From positions 96,658,001 to 96,722,000 of the forward strand of contig NC_042999.1 in the NCBI RefSeq assembly GCF_006345805.1: a stretch of DNA of 64,000 bases, read 5' to 3'. The translations under genes and the position numbers were made by a program. The notes under the pieces were generated by a model that saw only the letters and a list, made by a program, of their open reading frames with translations, was not told the DNA's origin and made no database searches. Positions 53,350 to 64,000 of the stretch are shown here, one piece after another (positions within the stretch are counted from its first letter, which is position 1; every line of letters starts with the position of its first letter). This stretch comes from Octopus sinensis (lineage: Eukaryota).

Positions 53350-53500
53350 TATTCGGTAACCATAAAACTCCGAGTTTCGGATGTCGGTGCGGAAATCCAT
53401 GCCGCGATCTCTTCAATTATCCGGCCATAACTGAAGAGATGGCGGCGTGGGTTTCCGCCCCAACATCCGAAACTCGGAGTTTTATCATGGCTACCGAATA
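53350..53500. ncRNA. Inverted dimer of two H3 hammerhead motifs
   Basis: Plus copy core CTGAAGA at 53431; minus copy core TTGAAGA; whole segment is a near-perfect palindrome. Confidence 0.75.
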
Positions 53501-53547
53501 ATTGTCTCATATTATATCTACAGATAAATATATATACATGTATATAG

Positions 53548-53615
<68 letters not shown>

Positions 53616-53684
53616 TTGTACTATGTATGCATATATGTATGTATATATGTAGGTAGGTAGGTAGGTAGGTTGGTAGGTAGTAGA

Positions 53685-53830
53685 CAAATGTGGTATGACG
53701 GAATTTTTAAGATTCACCTCGCAACCACGCGGTCTAGGGTTCGATTTTATTGCATAGTATATTGAGGCAAGGTCATTTCCTACAGCTTGTGGTCGACCCA
53801 TGGCTTACGAGTGAGATTATGTAAACGCAA
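53685..53830 (+). mobile_element. SINE family B, degenerate 5' half
   Basis: aaccacgcggtctagggttcg...ggcaagg...gtcgaccc.tggcttacgagtg. Confidence 0.55.
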
Positions 53831-54606
53831 TATTTATATCCATCATACCTGTTATTTCAGAAGGCCATAGTCGGCCCCGTGCCACTTATATCACAATCTT
53901 CTCCCCCGCACCTTTTTTTTTACTGGTTTGTTTTTCCTTAATTTACATATCGCATGTAACAGTCTTAACTTTTGCCATGGGTTCAAATATAATTGACTAA
54001 TTGTAGAGATGGATAGACCTTGATCAATTTCACTGCGGGCAACAGGTGGTGGTTTCTACCATATTTCAGTAAGTACACCATTATAAGAATCCTACGTTTT
54101 TGTTTTTGGATAAATATTAACTAGCCCTATTCATGATATAATAAGTACTATTCTTTTTCTAAACATATTGGTAATTCTTGTCGTATCTTAGTGCTAACTT
54201 CATTATATAGAAATAACGTGTAAATATTTCCCTAGACCATTCCTAGTTCACTCTTTTGCCTATCGACTTTAAAGCACCACGTTGCAAGATGGTATGATTT
54301 TAATATATTGAGCCTTCTTGCTTCTTCTCGAGGCTCTGTTCTTTCCTATTCCCTCTTCCCTCGTTTATTTTATTTTACGCATTTGTATTCACTCTGATGA
54401 AGCTCCATCTACATAGATCGAATGTGGAGTGTAGATGACGGATATTATTTTCGAAATTATTTTATAAGCACCGACTAATATTGAAAGCGGAAGCGGCCTT
54501 AAGAAATGTTATGTCATGTTTTGTATTAAAATTAATCTACCGGTGTGGTCCACTTTGTTTGTTTGTTGATCAAAAGTTTTCTCCATTTTCTGATTATTTA
54601 AATTTG

Positions 54607-54641
<35 letters not shown>

Positions 54642-54752
54642 ATGTAAGTATATATATACATAATTTTAATCCAAACGGGAAACAAAAAAACAACAACAAT
54701 GGAACAATTACAGTATTATTATTAATAGGCGCTCAGGAAAAGGAAGCAGGGG

Positions 54753-54787
54753 GTATGACGTTTCGAGCGGAGCTCTTCGTCGGAAAC
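54753..54787 (-). ncRNA. Minimal hammerhead-like motif, family H2
   Basis: gttt-CCGACGA-A-GAGC(tcc)GCTC-GAAA-CGT-C-atac. Confidence 0.65.
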
Positions 54788-54959
54788 ATAAAGAAGGAAG
54801 AGAGAGGAAAGAAAGATCCCAGAGCGGGCAACAGGGAAAGAGAAAAAAAAAGACGACTGGTGTTTACGAGTTGCACATGGTGAAAGGCGGATGTTTACGA
54901 AACAGAGCAAAGTGGGTTTTTAAAGGCAAAAGAGTGGAGACAAGGTTGGTAACGCAACA

Positions 54960-57700
54960 GATGTGTGTGTATGTGTGAGTGTGTGCGTGTGCGTGTGTGT
55001 ATGTGTGTGTGTGAGGCGAGATGAAAAAACAAAAAAATATATATGTGTGTGTTAGTGTGTGCGTCTGTGTGTAGGCGTGTGAGGTAGGGCGAGACAGTGG
55101 TCAGCTTAGCAGACAAAGGTCAGTAGTAAGAAAAAGAAGGAAGGAGGAAGGGAGGGAGGGAAGAGGTGGGGGCGTATGTAGCGTGCCAGCGTGTGTTGAG
55201 TAGTAGTGTGTGTGTGTGTCCAGTGTCGTGGTGGTATAAATGGCGAGTAGATTGAATGTGTGTAAGAGTAATGTATATATTTAAGCAATGTGTGTATATG
55301 TGTGCGCGCGTGTGTAACGAAAAAGGGGGGGGGTAAGGAAAAAGGACTCCAGCTGAGGGGAAGATGGAAGAGTGGTCCCGCGGAGGCGGGCGTGGGAAAA
55401 ACCAACGACACGCGACGGTCCCAGGAACGGGCGGGAGGTCTTGTCGGTTCCAAGAGCGAGGTGCCTGCGGAGCGTATGCGTACGCGACCGGCGCAAGCGC
55501 GTGCGTGCGCGAGCCTGCGAGTATGTGCGTAAGTATGTATGTGTGTGGATGTGTGAGTGTGTCTGGTGTATGTCCGGGTGGCAGTGTGTCCGATGAATGT
55601 ATGTGAGTATGTGTGTATGTATGTGTGTGCATAGATGTATGTCCGTGTGTGTGTGTGTGTGTGTATGTGTGAGTGTGTATGTATGTACGTGTGGGTGTGG
55701 GGAAGTGTGTGTATGTGCATGTGTCTGCGCGTACATACAGGTGTGTGAGTGAGTGTGTGTGTGTGTATGTATGTGTGAGTGTGTATGTATGTGTGTGTAG
55801 GTAGGATGCATGTATGGTGTATGGGTGTATGTATGCGTGTGTGTATGTATGTATGTGTACGTGCGTGTGTGTGTTGTATGCGTGTAGGTGTGCGCGTGTG
55901 CATGCATGTGCGTATGTGTGTGTGTGTGCATGTGTGTGGGTATATATGTATGTGCGTATATGTGTGTGTGTGTGCGTACATGTGTGTGTGTGTATGCATG
56001 TGTGTGTATGTAGGTGTGTAGGCGTGTGTGTATAGGTGTATGTATGTAAGTATGTATGGGTGTGTCCGTGTATGTGTGTGTATGTATGTGTGTGTATGTA
56101 GGTGTGGGGGTGTGTATATGTGTGTGTATGTAGGGTGTGGGCGGTGTGTATATAGGTGTATGTTGTATGTCTGGGTGTGTCCGTGCATGTTTGTGTGGTG
56201 TGTGTATGCATGTGTATGTAGGTGTGTGTGTACGTGTGTAATGTATGTGTGTATGCGTGTGTATGCCTGCGTGTGTGTTGTATGTAGGTGCGTGTGTATG
56301 TGTGTGGAGTGTAGGTGTTTGTGTGCGTGTGCGTGTGCGTGTTTATGTTGGTGTGTGCGTATGTGAGTGTGAGTGTATGGGTGTTTGTCATGCATGTGTG
56401 TGCGCGTGCAGGTGAGTGTGTGTAAGTATGTGTGTGTGTATGTTTGTGTGAGTGTGTATGTGTGTATGTCTGTGTGTATGTATGTGCGTATAGGAGTATG
56501 TGGGTATGTGTGTGGTGTGTATGTATATGGGTGTATGTATGTATGTGTGTGTGTGTGCATGTGTTAGAAAGTATTGTGTGTGTGCGTATGTGTGTATATG
56601 TGTATGTGTGTGTGTTTATGTATGTGTGTATGTATGTGTGTAGGCGTGTGTGTGTAGATGTATGTATGTATGGGTGTGTGTCCGTGTGGTGTTTGTGTGT
56701 GTGTTGTAGGTAGATGTGTGTGTCTGAGTGAGGGTATGGCTGTGTAGGTGTGTGTGTGTATGAATGTAGTAGTGTGTGTGTATACAAGTGTAATGTATGT
56801 ATGTAGGGGTGTGTGTGGTGTATGTGTACGTGTGCGTGTGTATGTGTGTGTGTGTATGCGTGTGAGTGTGAGTGTATGGGTGTATGTCTGTGTGTGTGTA
56901 TGTCTGAAGTAGGTATGTATGTGTATGTATGTATGTGTGTGTGTGTGCAGGTATGTGTGTGTATGTGTGTGTGTGAATAGGTGTGCGTGTATGTATGTGG
57001 GTAGGGATGCATGCGAGTGTGTGGGTATGTATGCATACATACGCACGCGCACATCCGAAGCAAGCCCACATACACGAAGCGCGCCCACGCACACAACACA
57101 CAAGCAGTACAACGCAAGCCCAAGGGGCCGACCAAGCCCCCAGCGCGCGCCAAGGCGCGCGAGCGCAAAGGCCCTCGAACGCCCCGCTACGCGGGAACCG
57201 AGGATCCATCAGCCAAAACCGGAAAGCAGAAAAGAGGGGGGCTGCCTGGATGCAAAAAGGTGTATGTGTGTGTGCATTCAGTGTAAGGGTGTGCATGTGT
57301 AGGTATGTATGTATGTATGTGCCTACATGTATGTTTGCATGTGTGTGTGTGAAGTATGTACGCGCGGGGTGTGTGTGTGAGTGTGTGTGTGTATGTATGT
57401 GCGTATGTATGTGTGTGTGTATGTGTGTATGTATGTCTGTGTGTGTGTGTGTGTGTAAGTATGTAGTGTGTGTGCGTATGTATATGTGTGTGTGTAGGCA
57501 TGTTGGTTTGTATGTTAGTGTGTGTTAGTATGTCTGTAAGTGTGTGTGATTAAATGTGTGAATGTATGTACGTAGATGGGTCTACGTATGTGTGTGTGTG
57601 AACAGGCGTGTGGGAGGTAGGTGGGTGGTGGGTGTGGGAGGTAGGTGGGTGGGTGTGTGCGTGTGGGAGGTAGGTGGTGTGTGTGTGTGGGTGGTGTGTC
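54960..57700. repeat. Degenerate (TG)n/(TATG)n mosaic with two GC-rich islands
   Basis: Direct reading; source of the spurious 484- and 682-aa His/Thr ORFs. Confidence 0.9.
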
Positions 57701-57729
57701 CAAAAAAAAAAAAAAAAAAAAAAAACGGA

Positions 57730-59832
57730 TCTCAAGAGGAGGGGGCTGTGTTAAGCCGTTGGGTGTGGGGTGGTAGTTTGTAGAGTGAAGATGTAGCGTT
57801 GCTCCAAGTGGAGCCTGGAAAGTGGGCGACCATGGTGGGGGGCGAGACCAAACTCTGAGATGTCATCTAGGGAATGGCCGGCCGAGCGGAAGTGGCGTGC
57901 GACGGGAAAAGAGAGTGTAGGCGAACGTCCCTCAAGTGTTCAGTGAAACGGTCGGATACCGGCGTCCCGTCTGTCCTACATACAGCATCCCGCATAGGTT
58001 GCATTTAATGCAGTAAATAAGGCCAGACGAGGTACACGTAAAAGAGTGCCTAATGCGTACAGTGTGCAGGTTGGAGCCGGTGACAGCGGTGGTGTTGGTG
58101 ATGAAGGGGCAAGTGTTGCACGGGATCTAGAGCAGGGAATGATCCGTGTGGGCTGAGGGGGAAGGAGAGAGGGTGCTGTGGACCAGGAGGTCACGCAGAT
58201 TGCGGGCTCGTTTGAAAGAGGACAGGGGTAGGTTAGGGAAAATGGGGCGGGTGGTGGGATCAAGCTGGAGGCGACGGAAGGCACGTAGTATCTTGCGACG
58301 AAGGGGTAGGGGGTAGAGGGGTGGAAAAGGAGGGGGAAGGGGGTGCGGTTTGGGGGGTGGGCGGGGGGAAGAGACAGGGCGGTAGTGCGGTCGATGCGAC
58401 GGGCGCGGGTGAGGGCATCAGAGAGGAGTATGGGTGGGTAACCTCGGAGTCTGAACATGCGGGCCAGGTATTGAGATTGGGTCTCGAAATCCTGGTCGCG
58501 GCTGCACAAACGTCGGAGGCGGAGGAACTGGGAGTAGGGGATGGCTCGTTTGGTGTGGAAGGGGTGGGAGGAAGAGAAGTTGAGATAGAGGTGGGAATCC
58601 GTAGGTTTAAAAAAGGCGGTGGTGTGGTGAGAGAGCTGGATGGGTGATCGATGCGGAGAGAGATGTCAAGGAAGTTGACAGAGGTGTTGGAGATGGTGGA
58701 GGTGAATTGAAGAGAGGGGTGAAAGTTGGAAAGGAAAGAGATGAATTGGCAGAGAAGTTCACGGGAAAGGGAGGTGGCACCTACGCAGTCGTCGATATAG
58801 CGACCGTATAGTTCGGGGGTCGGCCCAGAGAACTGGGAGAACACTTGGGCCTCAATGTAGCCAAGAAAGAGATTGGCGAAATTGGGGCCCATCCTAGTTC
58901 CCATCGCGACCCCGGACACCTGTTGGTACGTTTCCCCGGCGAACGTGAAGCAATTGAGGGTGAGGACGAGCTCAGCCACCGGAGAAGGGTGGGGGTGCTG
59001 GGGGTGCGGTCGGGACGACGGTCGAGGAAGTGTTGGAGGGCTAGGAGACCGTCATTGTGGGGAATCACTGTGTACAGGGATTTTACATCTAAAGTGAAGA
59101 GGAGGTGTGAGGGGCTGGAAGGGAAGGAAAAGGAATTGAAGAGACGGAGGGCGTGGTTGGTGTCGTGTATGTGGGATGGGAGGGCTGCGACTAAGGGGGA
59201 CAGGATGCGGTCGAGGTATAGGGAGATGAGTTCAGTGGGGCAATTACAGGCAGAGACTATGGGACGGCCAGGATTAGAGGGTTTATGGATCTTGGGAAGG
59301 AAGTAGATGGTGGAGGTGCGGGGTGTGCGGACGATGAGGTTGGTGGCGGTGAGGGGGAGAGCGGAGGAGGAGATGAGGTCGTGGATGGTGGAGGACACTC
59401 GCTGTTGGTAGGAGGAGGTGGGATCGGAGGGGAGGAGGCGATAGAAGAGTGGATTTTGAAGCTGGTTGAGCGCTTCCTCCCTGTATAGGTCCGCGCGCCA
59501 CACTACCACTGCCCCGCCTTTGTCCGCCGGTTTGATGACAATGTCATCACGACGGCGGAGGTGGCGAAGGGCAATGGATTCGGCCCGAGTGAGGTTGGCT
59601 CGGCGGGGTCTTGGTTCAAAGTTGAAACGGTGGACCAAAGCGTTGCAGTCATGTACAAACGAATCTAGGCTACTGAAAAGGCCTGGGGGCGGCGTCCAGA
59701 TGGATGGACGACGCCCCAGCTCCAAAAGGCAATCCTGATTGTTGTGACGCTGCGGGGACGCGTGGTAGTATGCGCGAAGTTTGAGGCGGCGCAGGAACAG
59801 GTTGACGTCCGCCCGAGTCTCGAACTCATCAT
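57730..59832 (-). pseudogene. PLE RT-EN ORF, 5'-truncated, about 3 frameshifts
   Basis: FLRRLKLRAY, IKPADKGGAVVV, YFLPKIHK, GRPIVS, LDVKSLYT, GVAMGTRMGPNFANLF, RYIDD, FLDI, KPTDSH...HP..TKRAIPYSQFLRLRRLCS, LIYCIKCNLCGMLYVGQT, RFTEH, LEQRYIF...P.GLN. Confidence 0.92.
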
Positions 59833-60086
59833 GTATATATATATATATACATCACATCTACTGAGTAGATGTGTCAAAGTTACCTGGCTGTTGTTGTTGT
59901 CATGCTTACCCACAGCTCCTGGTTCTGTGATACAAATTTCCTGTTCTACTGTAATATAGATTAAGGCCTATCGATATTTTGTATTGATTTAAGCTCCCAA
60001 CACCAGATTTACATATTTTCCTAACTTATTCCTTATTTTCAAAATTAACTGAAACAGGACAGTATATTTCAACAGGATTATGTGAA

Positions 60087-60419
60087 GGCGCGTGACTCAG
60101 TGGTTAGAGCGTCGAGCTTACGATCGTGAGGTTGTGAGCTCGAATCCCGGACCGAGCTGTGTGTTGTGTTCTTGAGCAAGACACTTTATTTCACGTTGCT
60201 CCAGTTCACTCAGCTGTAGAAATGAGTTGCGACGTCACAGGTGCCAAGCTGTATCGGCCCTTGCCTTTTCCTTGGACAACATCGGTGACGTGGAGAGGGG
60301 AGACCGGTATGCATGGGCGACTGCTGGTCTTCCATAAAACAACCTTGCCCAGACTTGTGCCTCTGATGGTAACTCTCTAGGTGCAAACCCATGGTCAGTG
60401 TCTGACCGAAGGGGGTCAC

Positions 60420-60420
<1 letters not shown>
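60087..60420 (+). mobile_element. tRNA-derived SINE family C, full length (CORE-like body)
   Basis: A-box tgactcagtgg, B-box gctcgaatcc, cttgagcaagacact...cagctgtagaaatgag central block. Confidence 0.9.
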
Positions 60421-60485
<65 letters not shown>

Positions 60486-60590
60486 CAAAATAGGATAAAA
60501 TCTCCATAAGAATTTATCAAGTAGCTAGCGTGAAAAACCTCATAGGAGAAAAAAATCTATCAATTTTTTCACTTAAATATATTTATTTAT

Positions 60591-61062
60591 ATTATATAGC
60601 GGGCATTATTACGCATAATGCCACATGCTAGGAGGGACTCTTAAAGTCAAAACTACTAAAATAAATAAACATATCGTATCGAATGAAAGTCTCGAAGCAA
60701 GTCAATTAAAAACAGAATTTAACTGCAGATCACCAGTGGTTTGCACTCTTTACTCATCGGTGCAAGCATAATTCAAGATTTATAATGAATGAACAAAATC
60801 AACATGCCAGACGAACAACCATCGTATCCACCGTAGTATATAGAACTGTTCACCCCTTATACATCTATGTAAATGGCGGGCTTTTTCGAATTGAATTTCA
60901 GTAACAACGTGCTTATTCGGAATAAACATTCAGATCTGCAGCTAAATTCTGTTATTAAATGACTTGCATTCGGTACGATATGTTTATTTATTTTAGTAGT
61001 TTTTACTTTAAGAGTCCCTCCTAGCGTGTGGCATTTATGTGTAATAATGCTTTCTATATAAT
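60591..61062. mobile_element. 472-bp MITE with ~140-bp terminal inverted repeats
   Basis: gcattattac...gctaggagggactcttaaagt.aaaactactaaaataaataaacatatcgta...ctgcagatc present in both orientations; TA-rich ends. Confidence 0.85.
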
Positions 61063-62067
61063 CACAGTTACCGAAACCAGTGACCAAATTGTCGCCCTCT
61101 ATCTTACCTCAAATACCCTAAATTAAACAATCTCCGAAATGAGCATTTTCAAAAATGTCAGCTATCTTTGGCGAAATAAAAATAAACATCATATAAATTT
61201 GTTATCGTCTTCTCTTTGCTTAAGAATCTCACCCGTTCATTTCTTTCCAACATTCAGTGCAAACCCGGTAACATTACAAAGCGTTAATGTTTATAGGAAT
61301 GATTTGTTACACAAACAAATAAATTCCTTTCCAACAATGCGATCTTATTTGTTAAGTGGCTTACTCATTAGTGTTTTACGGAAAGAATTCACGATACTGA
61401 AAATTGTTAGGATTCTGTATAAATCTTCCTCAAATGCATGAAATTTGAAACAGGAGTTCTGAAGAATCTTGGTGCTTAAATATAAATATATAAATTTCGG
61501 ATATCTTTTTTTCTTATTTTTCTTTAACATTATATGGATCTCTTTTATTTTTATTTTTTGAATGGCGTATCTGTTGGCGGTCTCGCTATGTCAGATCTTT
61601 CAACACGTGGTCTCTGTTGCACTGAGGAATAATTGCTGGGTCTAATTTCATATGTAAGTTTAATATGGACGTTATTTTGAGTTCATTCAGTATGTACTCT
61701 CAGTAATAAGTAAGTATAAGTGTTTCTCTGATAAAATATATAAATGCGGACCTTTTTAGTTGACCAATACACACACAGACGAACAGATGGGTAAAAGATG
61801 ATTCTTAATAAAGAAAGACACATGTGTAACTCGATTCGCGTGGGAAATATTTTAAAGTCTGAATGGGTTCTTTGCAGTGAGTATTCACAGTGTCTTCGGC
61901 TGAAGTGAATCGGAAGTAATGAATTTTATAACATCACCAGTTTGCTTAGAGTCTGGTTTTAAATATTGCAGTTGCGAAGTTGGACAGAACCTGTTACACT
62001 TGCAAACGAGACTGAAATTTTACCAATGATTTACTGAGTTATCTATGTCCTGTCCATTAAATGCATA

Positions 62068-62100
<33 letters not shown>

Positions 62101-63614
62101 TAATATTCCTCAACAAAGCAACAAACATTCGTCTCATTAATTGTGATGTATTGATTTTGAGTTTTGCACTTAAATCTTCTCTAAAGAGGGACAACCTACC
62201 CAGCACCACAACTCGTTCACCACAACACTGTATAATTAATACGTGTTTCATATGTGTAGAGCTAGGCTTCATCCTCCTGTCAACCTATGTAAAAGTGTGT
62301 GCATATTAGTGCACAAAATAGGAAGTAAAATTATATCACTTGAAGCCTCATAACTTATTAATGACACTTTGCACAGTAAACAGGCAAACCACCCAAACTA
62401 GACGATTTTTACCCCATACAGCTAACCATTGTTACTCGTGTTTTCATAATTGTTATCATCTTTTCGCAACACCCAATCTCTCTCACTGAAAGTCGTGGCA
62501 AGTCGTCAGGTAGGATTTGATGTCTGTCTTCCGATCCGGCTCGTCACTCGTCCAAAACAGTGCTAGGATCGAATTCTAACAATAACGAAACAAAACCAAG
62601 TCATCCTTTTTCGCATCTTTTCGTTTTGTCAACTTTTTCATCTTCAATTGCCGTCACCATCACTAAGAATAACAACACAGTCACTGTAAGAAAACAACTT
62701 CAAAATATCATCAGAACACCTTGGCAAATAATCTCACCATACCAATAGCATCACAATTTTATGAAATGTAAAATGACTCGCAGAAGTCAACTTTGTCTTT
62801 CATTCATAGCAAATTGATAAAACAAGTATCCGTCAATGACGTAGATTAGCGGAATTGTTAGATTATCAGAAACAAGATTCCTCGCGATATTTGTTCCGGC
62901 TCTTTTGTGTTCTTAGTTCTTGATTAGAAGATTTAAACCTCCTCTCAGTTTTCCACAGCCACCCGGTACTTGGGTGCCAGATTTTCAACAAGGCTGCAAG
63001 CTTTCGGGCCCCCATTTTGAAAATAACTTCCTTCCGTCTTCATACCAGCCTCTAAAGTTTTCAAAACAAAAATAACGATCTGAGACGGTTGCCCTTTTTT
63101 GCCTGACTAAACGGTAAACAGAAAAAATATAACACCTCCTAAATAAAAACAATATTGACAGTGACAATAACACCACCATACTGACAGCAAGAGCATCCTC
63201 ATAACTATTCCATCTGATGAACAATAGTAGTTACGTCATTACAATATCACCATCATAACAATTTGATAACAGCCGTAACACGATAAAAATAACCAGAAAC
63301 CAAGACAATCAAACTCTGACAGTAACCAACAACTACGTTGATATATTTTGTATTGCTATGAAATTGAGTAATGTTCTTGGAAACTACCCGACCACTAGAA
63401 ATAGTATCTATATCTCCCTCAAATAACACCCTACTCTCTTAACAATATTGGAAAGTGTAGCTTAAGTAACAACTACGAGACGGCCAAGCGAAAATCCTCA
63501 CCAGATTTAACAGAGGTAAATTCAACAACAGTAACAATATTCACTATACCTTTCCAAATCCTTCTAATGGTTACGTGTGAAAAAGTAAACAACTACGCTA
63601 CCGCTCGGCCTTTT

Positions 63615-63740
63615 AAAAACAGCAGTCAAATTTTACTCTGCAGTCTTAAAAAAACGGAAGGATTCCTTAGATAATATATTCCATGATATACAAAATATCA
63701 GAATGGTCATTGTTAGAATACATTTTGATCATAGGTTTAG
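63615..63740 (+). repeat. Dispersed repeat family D
   Basis: Similar to 11540-11725. Confidence 0.4.
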
Positions 63741-64000
63741 CCATTCAGCCAAACCTATGATCAAAATGAAATATTTATATTTCCCTCTGTTACTTAAAGT
63801 TTTGGGTGCACCTACAATTGCTGAAATAATTATAATGTTCCATTACATTTTTAATAACTGAATTGACTGTATACCACGTCTAGCTGAGAGCGAAATGGCT
63901 ACATGCTATCCTTCTGCTGAAATGGTTAACTTTCACATTGTTATGTCTCACACTACCACTTACATAGTTACAAACAATTCTCATTGAAATGTCTATTATT

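Larger units (their letters stand above)
54660..59832 (-). mobile_element. GC-rich Penelope-like element (Neptune/Poseidon-type RT plus C-terminal GIY-YIG) with 3' hammerhead-bearing pLTR
   Basis: ORF 59832 to ~57730, a low-complexity 3' region, then an H2 hammerhead on the same strand; the link between ORF and pLTR across the 2.7-kb TG tract is inferred. Confidence 0.8.

Noticed and set aside
54394-54460. CTGATGA followed by a ctcca/tggag helix
   Set aside because: No GAAA directly after the helix and no stem III or cleavage triplet; at best a dead remnant. Isolated CTGA(T/C)GA words near 5690, 35660, 52170, 52270 and 63215 were rejected for the same reason
55106-57296. Long ORFs of 484, 682 and 226 aa rich in His/Thr/Tyr
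   Set aside because: Translations of (CA)n/(CATA)n microsatellite, which lacks stops in these frames; no domain motifs
58321-59488. Gly/Glu-rich plus-strand ORFs
   Set aside because: Antisense shadows of the GC-rich PLE ORF
60087-60160. tRNA-like sequences (also 48433-48510)
   Set aside because: A and B boxes are present but there is no clean acceptor stem, and they continue into SINE bodies found elsewhere in the window; SINE heads, not tRNA genes

Overview
AT-rich, microsatellite-dense metazoan DNA. It is most likely an octopus/coleoid genome, inferred from the SINE/LINE repertoire and repeat texture and not proven. I could not recognise any host-gene exon; the long His/Thr-, Ile/Tyr- and Cys/Val-rich ORFs in the track are microsatellite read-through. 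The window is essentially a retroelement landscape. (1) About ten R4/Dong-clade (RT + restriction-like endonuclease) LINE fragments, most stacked at 17.5-27.2 kb in (TAA)n tracts and interleaved with a ~557-bp non-coding, TAA-flanked element of fixed ends (4 copies). (2) Three tRNA-derived SINE families. (3) Several Penelope-like elements (PLEs): decayed AT-rich Hydra-clade-like copies at 30.9-35.0 and 41.6-42.7 kb, and a GC-rich, near-intact RT+GIY-YIG copy at 54.7-59.8 kb. (4) A non-autonomous Helitron, a HINE-like element, several MITEs and a 700-bp foldback. The most striking hidden layer is about ten hammerhead-ribozyme-like motifs of three unrelated families between 31.8 and 54.8 kb, all with palindromic (dimer-type) stem III. 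One family has an unusually long stem II. Another is not linked to any PLE ORF in the window and occurs as a 151-bp inverted dimer. All ribozyme calls are by-eye folds and are untested.
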